Shown here in pieces: positions 25,870 to 37,714 of a stretch of DNA of 64,000 bases. The position numbers and the translations under genes were made by a program. Within the stretch, counting starts at the first letter, position 1; each line of letters starts with the position of its first letter. This DNA comes from Eledone cirrhosa (lineage: Eukaryota), in the NCBI GenBank assembly GCA_964016885.1, contig OZ024741.1:55242001-55306000 (forward strand). The letters are read 5' to 3'. The notes beneath the pieces are model-generated. The model was not told the origin of the DNA. It worked only from the letters and a program-made list of their open reading frames with translations, and searched no databases.

Positions 25870-25949
25870 CTCCAACTAATTAGTTTCTGCAATGGGATAA
25901 AGACAGTTACGTAATGAACTGTTGAGAATTTCATTGCGTCATCAGGGAG
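25870..25949 (-). ncRNA. Type I hammerhead ribozyme
   Basis: CUCC-CUGAUGA-cGCAAUG..ACAGUU..AACUGU..CAUUGCa-GAA-ACUAAUUAGU-U/GGAG; 10-nt palindromic stem III. Confidence 0.85.
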
Positions 25950-26238
25950 GTCTATTCTCAGCCAAGTCTCCAGGCAATGCGCGGACACTGGGGACTCATA
26001 TAAAAATAATAATAATTCGGTAAATGGAACAGCTGTCGGGGACTGGATTCCAAGAACTGAAAATTCTCGCTGCCGCTGGTCAAATGACCGATTCTAAAGA
26101 ATCAATCACGTGACACTGAGGCTAGTCGGTAGGAATGGGATGGTAAAATGACAGACGCCTACTAACACCCCCCAAAAATTAGTAGTGGTTTTGGCAGGTT
26201 TGCTCGACAAATCAGTGATTTGGAGATAAATATAGATA

Positions 26239-26284
<46 letters not shown>

Positions 26285-26289
<5 letters not shown>

Positions 26290-26795
26290 TGTATATATAG
26301 TGTATTTTGCTATACACTGTATGCTTAATTAAAAGCATTTCGAAGACCTTATGCTATTGTTTTAGAGTAGTGACAGACTCACTTACTTTAATTTTCAGCA
26401 AACAGGGGGAGATAAAGCTGACAAGGCCTTCTTTCGCATTTATTGATGCTTATCAAAGCCAACTACTCCTCCTGTTTGCTGAAATCATGGATGTTTGATT
26501 CTTATAGAATTCTAGTAAATAATCAGGAACCTATTATACAGAGCGGTTGCCGGTCAAGCAGAAATTGAAAATTAGAATTGGTGCTCTGAAATAGCTATAT
26601 ATATATATATATGAATGTATATATAGTGTATTTTGCAATACACTGTATGCTTAATTAAAAGCATTTCGAAGACCTTATGATATTGCTTTAGAGTAGTGAC
26701 AGACTCACCTACTTTAATTTTCAGCAAACAAGGGGAGATAAAACTGACAAGGCCTTGTTTCGCATTTATTGGTGCTTATCAAAGCCAACTACTCC
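26285..26795. repeat. Partial tandem duplication, ~185 bp repeated at a period of 326 bp
   Basis: atgaatgtatatatagtgtattttgc...aaagccaactactcc at 26285 and 26611. Confidence 0.85.
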
Positions 26796-26819
26796 ACGCA
26801 ATGAAAATAAGATTAATAA

Positions 26820-27010
26820 TAATTGTTTCTACTTTTGGCACAAGGCCAGCAATTACCCAGTTCATTACTGGTACTTTATTTTATCGACTCGGTAAGGATG
26901 AAAGGCAAAGTTAACCTCGACGGGATTTGAACTCAGACCGTAAAGGGACGTAACTATGCTGGAAAGCATGGCGTCCGACCCTCTACCGATACTGCCAATC
27001 CATTGCCCTT
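26820..27010 (-). mobile_element. Nin-domain SINE
   Basis: Full reverse-complement copy. Confidence 0.9.
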
Positions 27011-27020
27011 TATAAATATT

Positions 27021-27110
<90 letters not shown>

Positions 27111-27112
<2 letters not shown>

Positions 27113-27583
27113 ACACTCTGAGAAATGGTATGAGCATAGGCCGGAGGCGGTGATGGAGAACAATCAGGTGAAGGTGCTGTGGGATTTTAGGATACAAAAA
27201 ACTGGAACACAATAGACCTGACCTGGTGGTTGTGGACAAAGAAAAAAGATCGTGTCTGATTGTGGATGTGGCCTGCCCGTTCGACACGAGAGTGCAAGAG
27301 AAGGAGAGGGAGAAAATTAACCGATACCAGGACCTAAAGTGGGAGGTGAAAAGGATTTGGAACTGCCATGAAGTCAAAGTGATCCCGATTGTCATAGGCG
27401 TTTCCAGGGATGGTTAAAGAAAATCGGCCCCTTCACGCTTTTTGGAACGCTTCAAAAGGCATGCTTGCTTGGAACAGCAAGAACCCTCCGATACGTCCTG
27501 AATATCTGAGGCTGCAGGTAGTGGCTTGATATTCAATCCAACGGACTTTCCAGTTAACCAACATCAATGACTGAGATTCAAGG
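27111..27583 (+). mobile_element. R4/Dong-clade LINE 3' fragment (family A) in (AAT)n
   Basis: Nearly identical to about 40860-41360 with small deletions; (AAT)n on both sides. Confidence 0.95.
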
Positions 27584-27592
27584 AATAACAAC

Positions 27593-27627
<35 letters not shown>

Positions 27628-27874
27628 TTTCTTTATTAACCACAAAGGTTTACATAAAGGACAGTGCATGACAGTGCAGGACAATACAGGACGGTACAAA
27701 TTGGCATTTCTGCGTGTAAAAAACAAAAACTGAGGATGTAACAAAAAAAAACAATGAAAAATTAGCCAATAGGGGGGAGACTTCGGAGGGACATTTGTGG
27801 AGAAAGCCCAGTAAAAGGCCACAGTGAACCTGACCACCAAGGCAAGTGCCCTCTCCCAGTTTTCCACCTTTAAT

Positions 27875-30641
27875 TTACAGACTCATACTCAGAGTAGGCC
27901 CATTCACTCGGGCCATTCTTGCTTCTCTCACCCATCTTTCAACAAAATGCTGGGAAGAGAGCACTTCCCTCTCTACCCTGATTTTCCTTTTCAAATGAAA
28001 TTTGAAAAAGTTAATCAGGGCATCACCGAAGAGGTAAGTGCTCGTCTTTAGCCCTTTCAAACGTGTCCACCATACTATCTCTTTCGCCATGGCCACCAGA
28101 CAGATAAAAACTGCCTGCCCTATCCGGCTAAAGGAAGAGGGCGGGGAAATCCTCACGATGGACTCAGCTGATAGCTGGATCCATCCTACACGTGGCAGCA
28201 GGTGTTCGACATAAACCCACAAGTCAGCAATGCTCGGACACTGGACGAGTGTGTGCAGGACGGTTTCGTAGCCCTGCGCGCATCTCGGACATGACCGGCT
28301 GACGGCACCTCCATGCCTGTAGAGTTTATCCCGAACTGGCAAAGCTCCTCGGTAGCACTGCCAGGCCAGGGATTTCTGGAAGTTGTCCATAGGCCACGGC
28401 CCGAAAGTCCTTCCGAAGAGATTGGCTAGTTGATTTTCGTCGACGCCTAGAGTTTCTCCAAGTACGTCGTCGCTCTTCCCCTCCACTAATCTTCTATAGA
28501 ACGCCAAGGTGGAGTTTCTACCGATCACATTGCCCGATTGGTCGAGGGCTGTGAGCGCCTGAAGACATTCCAGTCTCCAAGCGCTCCCTATCGGTCTTCG
28601 CTTGACCCAGGACTGCAGCTCCGTCAAGGAGACGAGCTGGGGAAATACGTGTCTAGCAAACGGCGAACACACCTGTTCACCGTCGAGGAAGAGGTGGAGA
28701 TGTCGTAGCCTGAGCGCGTGCCTGCTCATCATCAGCCACGGCATGCCCAGCCCTCCACGTAGCGGGTGTTGACAGCAGATGGGCGCCCTGACCATCGGAG
28801 CGCGTCCCTTCCACAAAAAGCGAAAGAGCAAACGCTCCAGCGCAGTCAGGTCGGGCTTAGGACAAGGTACGACGGTCAGGCTGTAGTAGATGACGGACGC
28901 GATGTACGCGTTAGCCACTTCCGCTCGACCTTTCAGGGATAGCTTCCTCTCCGCCCATTTCTGGGTGAGAGAAGCCACCCTACTCGTCACCTCGTCACAG
29001 TTTTTGTCCGTCCGTCCCAATTTAACCGGTCCGTCCGTCCAGCGCCCAACGACACTGTTGGACGGCATGGACCTGCCTCTCCAGGTGCCGAGCTGCAGGC
29101 CCACTGACTATCCCTGGTTGATCATTGGTCCTGTCACCGCTTCGTATTCTCTTAGTGTAGTGCCGATCGCCTCGATGTGTTTGGCGTTCGACACCACTAC
29201 GGTGACATCGTCCGCATATGCTGACACGGATCTTCCGCATCCTAGTTCGCGCGGGACCCGCCTCAACGTCTCCAGTTTGTGCAGTAATGGCTCGAGAGTC
29301 AATACGTACAAGAGGGACGAGATGGGACATCCTTGGCGGACCGAGCGCATGATGTTCAACGGTTCCGAAAGGTGACTGTTCACTCTCACCACAGAGCAGA
29401 TGTCGCTGTGCATGGCAGCGATCCAGCCTCTGAAGACGGGCCCAAAGCCAGCTGCCCTCAGGACTGCCGCTAGGTAACGATGGTCGACCCTATTGAAAGC
29501 TTTCGACTGATCTAAATTGATCAAGGACCCACCCGTGCCAGGTTCCCTAGCTACCCTCTCTACGATGTATCGCATGAGGTGGAGGTTGTGGATGGATCAG
29601 TCGGGAATGGCGCACGTCTGCGCCTCTCCCACCAGACCACCAACGACAAGCGCCAACCTCTTTGCTAGCACCTTGGCCAAAATCTTGAACTCTGTGTTTA
29701 GCAGAATTATGGGCCTAAAATTATCTATGTTATCCCCCTTGTTCGGATCCTTTCTCATCAGCCCCACAGCTCCTCGGCTCACAGAGCTGGGAATTCTCCC
29801 GTTCTGTTGCCAGTTGCAGTAGACGTCCGCCAAGAGGCCGCCGAACAAGTCTGGCATCTGTACGTAAAGTTCATAGGGCAGACCATCCAAACCAGGCGAT
29901 TTACCCCTTGTGCAGCCAGTCATTGCCTCCCGTACTTCAGCGGCTGTTATCGGCTTTTCGCAACACTCCGCCTCAGTGGCCGAGAGCCGCGGCAGTACGC
30001 CGAGGTAAACACTAAAGTCCATCCCTCGATCCGGCCCACCGCTGCCCCCGAACAGCTGTGCGAAGTGTCGCTGAAAAGCTTTACACATTTGCCCGGGATC
30101 GAGTAGCATGCGCCCGTCGTGGTTCAAAACGCCTGAGCAGGTTGGTGAGACTCTTGCACCCTCCTCCCCTATCCGCTAATCCCACACAGTCCCAGCGTGC
30201 ATCTAAGATCCCGTTCCAGTCGCCCACTAACACTAAAGAGTGAGACGTTCCAAGAAAGGTCTCCAGACGCCGGAAGAAATCAGGCCGCCCTGCTCCTGTC
30301 GGGGCATAGACGGCCACTAGCCTGAAAGCTTGCCCGTCTCTGCTGGTCAGGTCAAGCACCACCAACTTACCTTCTGGGTCCAGGAAGATGGCCCGTATGG
30401 CGAGATCCAAACCTCTCCGAAAAAGCACAGCAACTCCACCCCCCGATCCCGGACGGCTGGGAGATGCGTACACATCGTAGCCGCCGAAGATCGGTGCGAA
30501 GGCCCGTGCTTCGGAGATTCTGGTCTCGCTGATGGCCACTACATCTATGTTTAGTGACCTGAGGTCGTTGAGCAGGTGGCCCTGCTTCCATGACGACCCC
30601 AAGCCACGCGCATTTATGCTGCCTATTCTGAGTGAGGTCAT
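27875..30641 (-). pseudogene. Tx1 ORF2 (APE endonuclease + reverse transcriptase), disrupted
   Basis: SINARGL, ISET, VYAP, GDWN; KSPGLDGLPYELY, FRPIILLN, DQSKAFNRVDH, QGCPIS, YADD; CPRC..ETVLH.LVQC. Stops, frameshifts and a large deletion near 30130. Confidence 0.92.
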
Positions 30642-31137
30642 GTTGAAATGGAGTGGAAAAGATGGGAAAGACCACTTACCTTACTTCTCGTAGAGGAAGG
30701 ACGGTTTCTCCATCCTTTTCACTGCTTGTGGCCTCCTCAGGAAGGATGTCCTTATAAATCCTCCTGGAGAGTGCTTGTCGGAAGTCTCCGATGTCTTTGG
30801 GGAATTTTCGTTTTAGTGTCATGTACGTTTTCTGTGTGATGCGACTGATTTGTATGTGTGGAGGTGGTGTGAACTTTGGGGTTGTTGTGTAGTCCTTTTC
30901 TGTGATGCTGGTGTTGTATTGGATGTAGTGTAATAATTGGTTGTTGTTCAAATTTAATGCTGTTTTGTTTGCGTTTGTTGTGGGTTTGTTTCTGTTTCAC
31001 TTTTTGGTGACTTTTGTGGTGTTGGTGATGGTGGTGTTGGGGTTAATGGTGGTGATGGTGTTGGTGTTTGTGGTGATGGGGTTGGTGATGCTGGTGTGGA
31101 TGGTGGCATATCTGTCCTAACTTTTTTGTTTGATAGT

Positions 31138-32333
31138 TTATTTGTTTCCTCCTGTATTTTGTTTTTGGAGGGGGAAGGAAGAGAATTTTTTTCTTTTTTG
31201 GTTTCTTTTTCTCTTTTTTCCTGATACCGTTTCCCACTCCTCGTCGTCACAATCTGTCTCCAGTTGTGATAGGCCGGGGAGTGGAAAATCCTCCACAGGC
31301 GTTAGTTTTGGTTGTGGAGTGGTAGATGGTGTAGGCGCTGGTGCTAGTTCTGGCGCGTTGGGTTCTGGTGGTGTTGGTTTTGCTACTGTTGCTGGGGTTG
31401 TTGCTGTTACAGTTGCTTCTGGTGTTGCTGTTACAGTTGTTGCTGCCATCTCTGTTGCTGGTGATGTTGATGGTTGAGTCATTGGGGTGGGTAGGAGAGG
31501 TGGTCTCAACCTTTTAGCCTGAGGGCAGAAAGCCCTTAGGTGGGTTCCTTCACCACAAACGACACACCTAGGCCTTCTGCCGTCGACAATTACGGTGAGG
31601 TGGCTGCCGTCAGTGAGGTCTATTACCTCTGGGATCTCCTCAATGCTTTTTTGGTCCGCTTGGATCAGGAGCTCCATCCCAGATCCGGACCAGTTCTCCT
31701 GCTTTTCTTTCGCTATTTCGACTATCTTGGTGTTGGCTTCGATGCCGGCGAGGACGGCAGCTATTAGCCAGGGAATTTCGATGGCCGGTGGAACGTGGGT
31801 CCCCCTGATCTTTACGAGTCTCTGGCCACAATAGCTTGGGACGAGTGTGAAGTCGTCACTTCTTAATGGGGCCATGGAGTGTTCTCTAGCCTCCTCTGGT
31901 GTTTCAAAGAACACGTCCACGGTTCCATACTTCTGCCCACGTCTGATGTGGGGTTTTTTTGCACACACATGTCCCAAAGCTTTTTGGATTTGGGACTCGG
32001 ATGCCCGTTCCACTCGGCGCGATTTTATATTAATTATTCGATAAGACACGGTGCATAGGCGCCGATGCTCTATTTTATTAGGTGGGGGGTGAGGCTGACC
32101 CTGTACCCATCTTTCTTTACCATTTTTTTGGCTTCTTCTAAATCCTCCTGAGTTACCTGAAATGCTTCGCACTGTTTTGCTACTCTGGCAAAACTCAGGG
32201 TGGTTTTCTTAATGTCATTGTTGCTGTTGTTGTTATCGTTATTTTTGTTATTATTAATTTTAGTTTCAGTTGTGGTGGTGGTGGTGGCGTCAGTGGTGTT
32301 CGGTGTGGAAGAGTTCATTTTGGTTGAATTCAT
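31138..32333 (-). pseudogene. Tx1 ORF1 (gag-like, CCHC knuckle), frameshifted near 32100
   Basis: LSFARV N-terminal motif, CVVCGEGTHLRAFC zinc knuckle, Pro/Thr linker, WETVSGKKRKR. Confidence 0.8.
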
Positions 32334-32788
32334 TTCGATATCACGAGTTAATTTATGTTTTTATTTCGTTTCTGTTGTCGCTGTGGTGGTGGGGGGTGGC
32401 GGCTTTAACACCTGCAGTCATGGGTAATGGCGGGAAATGAACGTCTGCCTGAGACAAATTTAAAATATTGCTACTGCTTATATTTTTAGTGTTGGCAAAC
32501 GTAGTAATATTTACAATGGTGGTGTCGGTGTGAGTTGTTAGTTTGTGAGGAAGGAGTGACTCTGAGTCATCCATGATTTTTCAAAGAAAAATTTTTGTTT
32601 GATAACTATAAAAGTTTAAATTTTGGGCTCAAGGCCCCAATCTTTTTGGGTCTCCTTTTCAGAAATCAATGTATGTGCACTTATATACAGTTAACAATAA
32701 AAAATTTCCATAAATGGCAATTTTAAACAACTGAAAATAACAAACCTTTGCGGAGCTCACGATGATACGATTTATGACGTAGGTCGCC

Positions 32789-32869
<81 letters not shown>

Positions 32870-32870
<1 letters not shown>

Positions 32871-35800
32871 TGTTTATTTATGTTCGTCTACAGCGTGATA
32901 GTGCCACACAAAAATCACCGGGAGTGACGAAATCACCGGAAGTGATGAAATCACCGGTGGTTATGTAACCATACATTCGCCAATCCTCGATAAGAGTGTT
33001 TAAATGTCGAACCTAAACAGTTCGAATAACGGTGAAATGGAGACTAGAATGTCATGTGACAGACTCTCACCCAACAGGTGCTCCCTGGCTCAGCAGCAGG
33101 GACCTGGCTGTCAACCAAATACTGCTGGTGTCGGAGGAAGAAGAAGAAGGAAAGGGACCAGAACCAACTGGACGAAAGAATTGAATAGAACTGTTATGCA
33201 ATGTTACCTGAAGAGTAACCCCAAGGAGAAAGGCTATAGGAAACGGATGCATAACATCTGGAACGAGATTGGTCTATTTAAATTAGATGAACAAAAATTG
33301 GCCGGGCAGGCTCGGGTAATAAGAACTAATGGGTGGATAAGCGAGCTGGAACTGGAGGAACTGAGCAGAGAGATTAGCTTGGAGATGGAGAGTGGAGTAT
33401 GCCAGGCAAATGAGCCAGTGGGAAATGAAGGTGAAGTGGTCGAAAGAACGGAGGAACCACCCGAAGCAGACAATGATCTGAATACTGAGATAAATAATAC
33501 CTGGAACAGAGATACGGCCACTGAGGAGATGAATGCTGACGGGCTAGGACAAGATTCGGTTGACATCCTAAATTTAGTGGTAGATGAATTGAACAATGAT
33601 AGTGGGAGACCTATGAACCTAAGATTTGTAGACAGGAAAAAGTTAAAAGAAACAACAGCTAAGGTAAACAAAGTCATCCCATACCTTGAGGCGAGGAGTC
33701 TTCACCAGTGCAACAATATCCTCAAAGCAACAGCAAATACGGTGAGGAAACTACTTGGTATAAAAGCGAGAGGAAACAACAGACAAGAAAGAGCAGAGCC
33801 GTGGTGGAAGAAGCGACTGAGTGGGCAAATCGAGGAAATGAGAAATGACATAGGAAAGCTTGAGTCACTACTGAATGGGACACTAAAAAACATAGGCACT
33901 AAAAATAGACTGGAAATAAAATACAAAACTAGGAGTAAAAAGCTAAATATTATCATAGAGGAATTGAAGCAACGCATTGTAGCAAAGAGTGCCAAAATCA
34001 GGCGATACGAGAACAGAGTCAGTCAGTATAGACAGAACCGCAAGTTCCACAACAACCAGAAGATGCTGTTTGGACAGCTTGAAGGGAAAGAAAGAGGCAA
34101 CGACTTGATACCTGAGGCGGAACAAACTAAAACATTCTGAAGAGGAATATGGGAGCAGGATGTTAAACATAATGACCAGGCAGTGTGGATTGAGACAGTA
34201 CAGAAGGAGATTAGTGAACAGGCACACCAACAAACTGATTTGAGTATCACAGTTGAAACTCTTAAGGGGCAGGCCAAAAAACTAACCAACTGGAAATCAC
34301 CACGCCCAGATGGTGTGCAGGGGTATTCGATTAAAAATATAACATCCCTCCACCCGAAACTGACAACCATGTTCAATGACTGCTTGATGTCAGGTGAGGT
34401 ACCAGAGTGGTTGACAAAAGGTACCACAGTTCTGATAATGAAAGACCGAATCAAGGGTAATGATGTTACCAACTAAAGACCTATCACATGTCTTTCCGTA
34501 ATGTGGAAACTGTTGACAAGCATTATGTCTGAGGAAATCTACCATCACCTCCACACAAACAACTTGTTACCGGACGAACAGAAAGGATGCCGAAAGAAGT
34601 CCCGTGGTACAAAGGACCAGTTACTTATCGATAAGATGGTAATGAGGAATTGCAAGAGGAGACACACTGGTCTTGCCATGGGATGGATAGTCTACAAAAA
34701 GGCATTTGACATGGTGCCTCGTTCTTGGATCACCAAAAGCCTAGAGATCTTCAGGGTGGCAGATAACATCAGACAGTTGTTGGGCAAAAGTTTGAAGGCC
34801 TGGGAAACAGAGTTAACATCAGCTGGAGAATCCTTGGGAGGCGTGAAGATCAAGAGAGGTATCTTCCAGGGAGATAGTTTGTCCCCTCTGTTGTTTGTCC
34901 TTGCCCTGATGCCCCTGACCAGTGTACTGCGAAAAGTGAGAGCAGGATACAAGTTGGGAAAGGGAGAGCTTACCATCAATCACCTCCTCTTCATGGACGA
35001 TCTTAAGCTCTTCGGGAAGAGTGAGAAGGAGTTGGATGTGCTTGTTGACACTGTCCGTATTTTCAGCAATGATATATGTATGCAATTTGGTATTAGTAAG
35101 TGTGGAGTCCTTGTGATGAAGAGGGGTAAATTGAGCAGAAGTAACGGAATCCAGGTACCAACAGGTGAGATGATAAAGGAAATTGACACTGAAGAAGGAT
35201 ACAAGTATTTGGGTGTTCTGGAGGCTGATGACATCAAGAACAAAAACATGAAGGAATTGATAAGAACTGAATACATTCGGAGAGTAAGGAGCGTATTAAA
35301 GTCACATCTGAACAGTAGGAATGCCATAAGTGCAGTAAATTCCCGAGCTGTGTCTATTATTAGGTACAGTGCGGGAATTCTGAGATGGAATGTTGCTGAA
35401 CAAAAAGAAATGGCTAGGAAGACTAGGAAGCTATTGACTATCTACAACATGTTCCACAAGAGGAGTGATGTCGATAGACTCTACTTAAGAAGATCTGAAG
35501 CTGGAAGAGGTCTTATCAGCATAGAGGACTATGTTCAGATGGAGAAAAACAGCCTACACAAATACGTGACTGATAGTAAGGACCCAATGCTCAGAACTGT
35601 GCTGAAGGAGAGGACAATAGACCAGGGGATGTCCAAGGAGGAAATAACAACAAGGAGAAAGAGCAGCCTTCAGGAGAAATCCCTTCATAGTACCTTCTTT
35701 GAGAAAACTGAATTCAGATATCCACAGACATGGAACTGGTTGAAAAGAGGAGACCTTAAAAAGGCTATAGAAGGAATGTTAATGGCTGCGCAAGAACAGG

Positions 35801-36501
35801 CCCTCAAAACGAAGTGATTGAAACACCATATTTACAAGGAGGAGGCTAGCCCACTATGCAGGATCTGTGGAGAGATAGGAGACTGTGGCTCACATTGTAT
35901 GCGAGTGTAAACACCTAGCCCAGACTCACTATAAGGGCTGGAGACAGGATGTGATGGGCAGGGTGATCCACTGGCACCTATGCAAAGTAAACAATTTACC
36001 ACATTCTGAGAAGTGGTATGAGCATAAGCCAGAGTCGGTGATAGAAAACGATCAGGTGAAGGTGCTGTGGGATTTTAGGATACAGACGGGCAAGAAACTG
36101 GAACACAATAGACCTGACCTGGTGGTTGTGGACAAAGAAAAAAGATCGTGCCTGATTGTGGATGTGGCCTGCCCATTCGACACGAGAGTGCAAGAGAAGG
36201 AGAGGGAGAAAATTAACCGATACCAGGACTTAAAGTGGGAGGTAAAAAGGTTTGGAACTGCCATGAAGTCAAAGTGGTCCCGATTGTCATAGGCGCACTA
36301 GGTACTATCTCAAAAGGTTTCCAGGGATGGTTAAAGAAAATTGGCCCCTTCACGCTTTTTGGAACGCTTCAAAAGGCATGCTTGCTGGGAACAGCAAGAA
36401 CCCTCCGATACGTCCTGAATATCTGAGGCTGCAGGTAGTGGCTTGATATTCATTTCAACAAACTTTCCAGTTAACTAACATCAATGACTGAGACTCAAAG
36501 A

Positions 36502-36502
<1 letters not shown>
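32870..36502 (+). mobile_element. R4/Dong-clade RLE LINE, family A, near full length (copy 1), in (AAT)n
   Basis: [54 protein letters not shown]; (AAT)n on both sides. Confidence 0.95.
33004..36426 (+). pseudogene. RT-zinc finger-RLE polyprotein of copy 1, multiple stops and frameshifts
   Basis: Stops at 34138, 34474 and 35815; frameshifts near 35880 and 36250. Confidence 0.92.
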
Positions 36503-36554
<52 letters not shown>

Positions 36555-36683
36555 CGCTCCCGTAAGTTTTGAATTTTTAACATATTTAAATCATTTGTGA
36601 AATAACAACTCTTAGTACAAATGCTACGTAAAGCACCCGGCTTGAGCCCCAAAAAAAGTCGGACCCAAAATATATTGTTATAA

Positions 36684-37323
36684 GGCTCAAATATTCAAAT
36701 ATTCAACTTTGTATTGTACACTGTATATCCAAAAAAAATGGCTATAAATGGAAGAAGAAGAACCCCCCCCCTCCTCTCCTCTGGCTACACTATATAGGAC
36801 AGCTAAACTCACCAACACCAGAAACTAGATACACCACCCACCCCATCATCTGTGTACACTAAACACAACAGCATTTTCACCTTCACCGCCACCGCTCACT
36901 ACGGCCATCATTACCACCACTATCCCATCACCGCCGCCACCACCCCTTGACTCCTTCACTGCTGCTGCCACCGCTACAGCACCATCACTACAGTAATACG
37001 GCTCAAATATTCAAATATTCAACTTTGTATTGTACACTGTATATCTAAAAAAAATAAAATGGCTATAAATGGAAGAAGAAGAACCCCCCCCCCTCCTCTC
37101 CTCTGGCTACACTATATAGGACAGCGAAACTCACCAACACCAGAAACTAGATACACCACCCACCCCATCATCTGTGTACACTAAACACAACAGCATTTTC
37201 ACCTTCACCGCCACCGCTCACTACGGCCATCATTACCACCACTATCCCATCACCGCCGCCACCACCCCTTGACTCCTTCACTGCTGCTGCCACCGCTACA
37301 GCACCATCACTACAGTAATACGG
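36684..37323. repeat. ~320-bp tandem duplication inside a probable Tx1-like 5' region (36555-37700)
   Basis: ggctcaaatattcaaatattc...cagtaatacgg twice, at 36684 and 37000. Confidence 0.9.
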
Positions 37324-37714
37324 TCGCATCACCGCCACCACTGCCTCGGTATCGACATCACCACCACCACTGTCTCAGTATCGCCAACGCCGCCAGTCTC
37401 TGCTGGCTGCCACTTCCACATTATAGAATTCCTACTACTAACAAAGAGGAAGGCATCAAAATATATAGATAGACTCAAAAGAAAAAAGAAAAAACAAACA
37501 ACAAAAGCAGCACAGCAACAACAGCAAAAAACGAGAAAAACAAACAGAGAAAAACAAAAACAAAAAAAGACACCCCAAAAACGTAAAGAAAATAAGAATG
37601 GAGAGAGAAGCAGGCGGACGGACAGAGAAGAGGGGGGAAAAAGTAAAACTTAAAAAACAAAAACTAAGTCAGACATTCGAATACTACATTACAATGAAAC
37701 TTATGCTTATTCAT

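Larger units (their letters stand above)
27626..32788 (-). mobile_element. Tx1/L1-clade LINE with both ends present, inserted in (ATT)n
   Basis: ORF1 plus APE-RT-zinc-finger ORF2; AATAAAGAAATC followed by (ATT)n; AAT repeats on both flanks. Confidence 0.92.
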
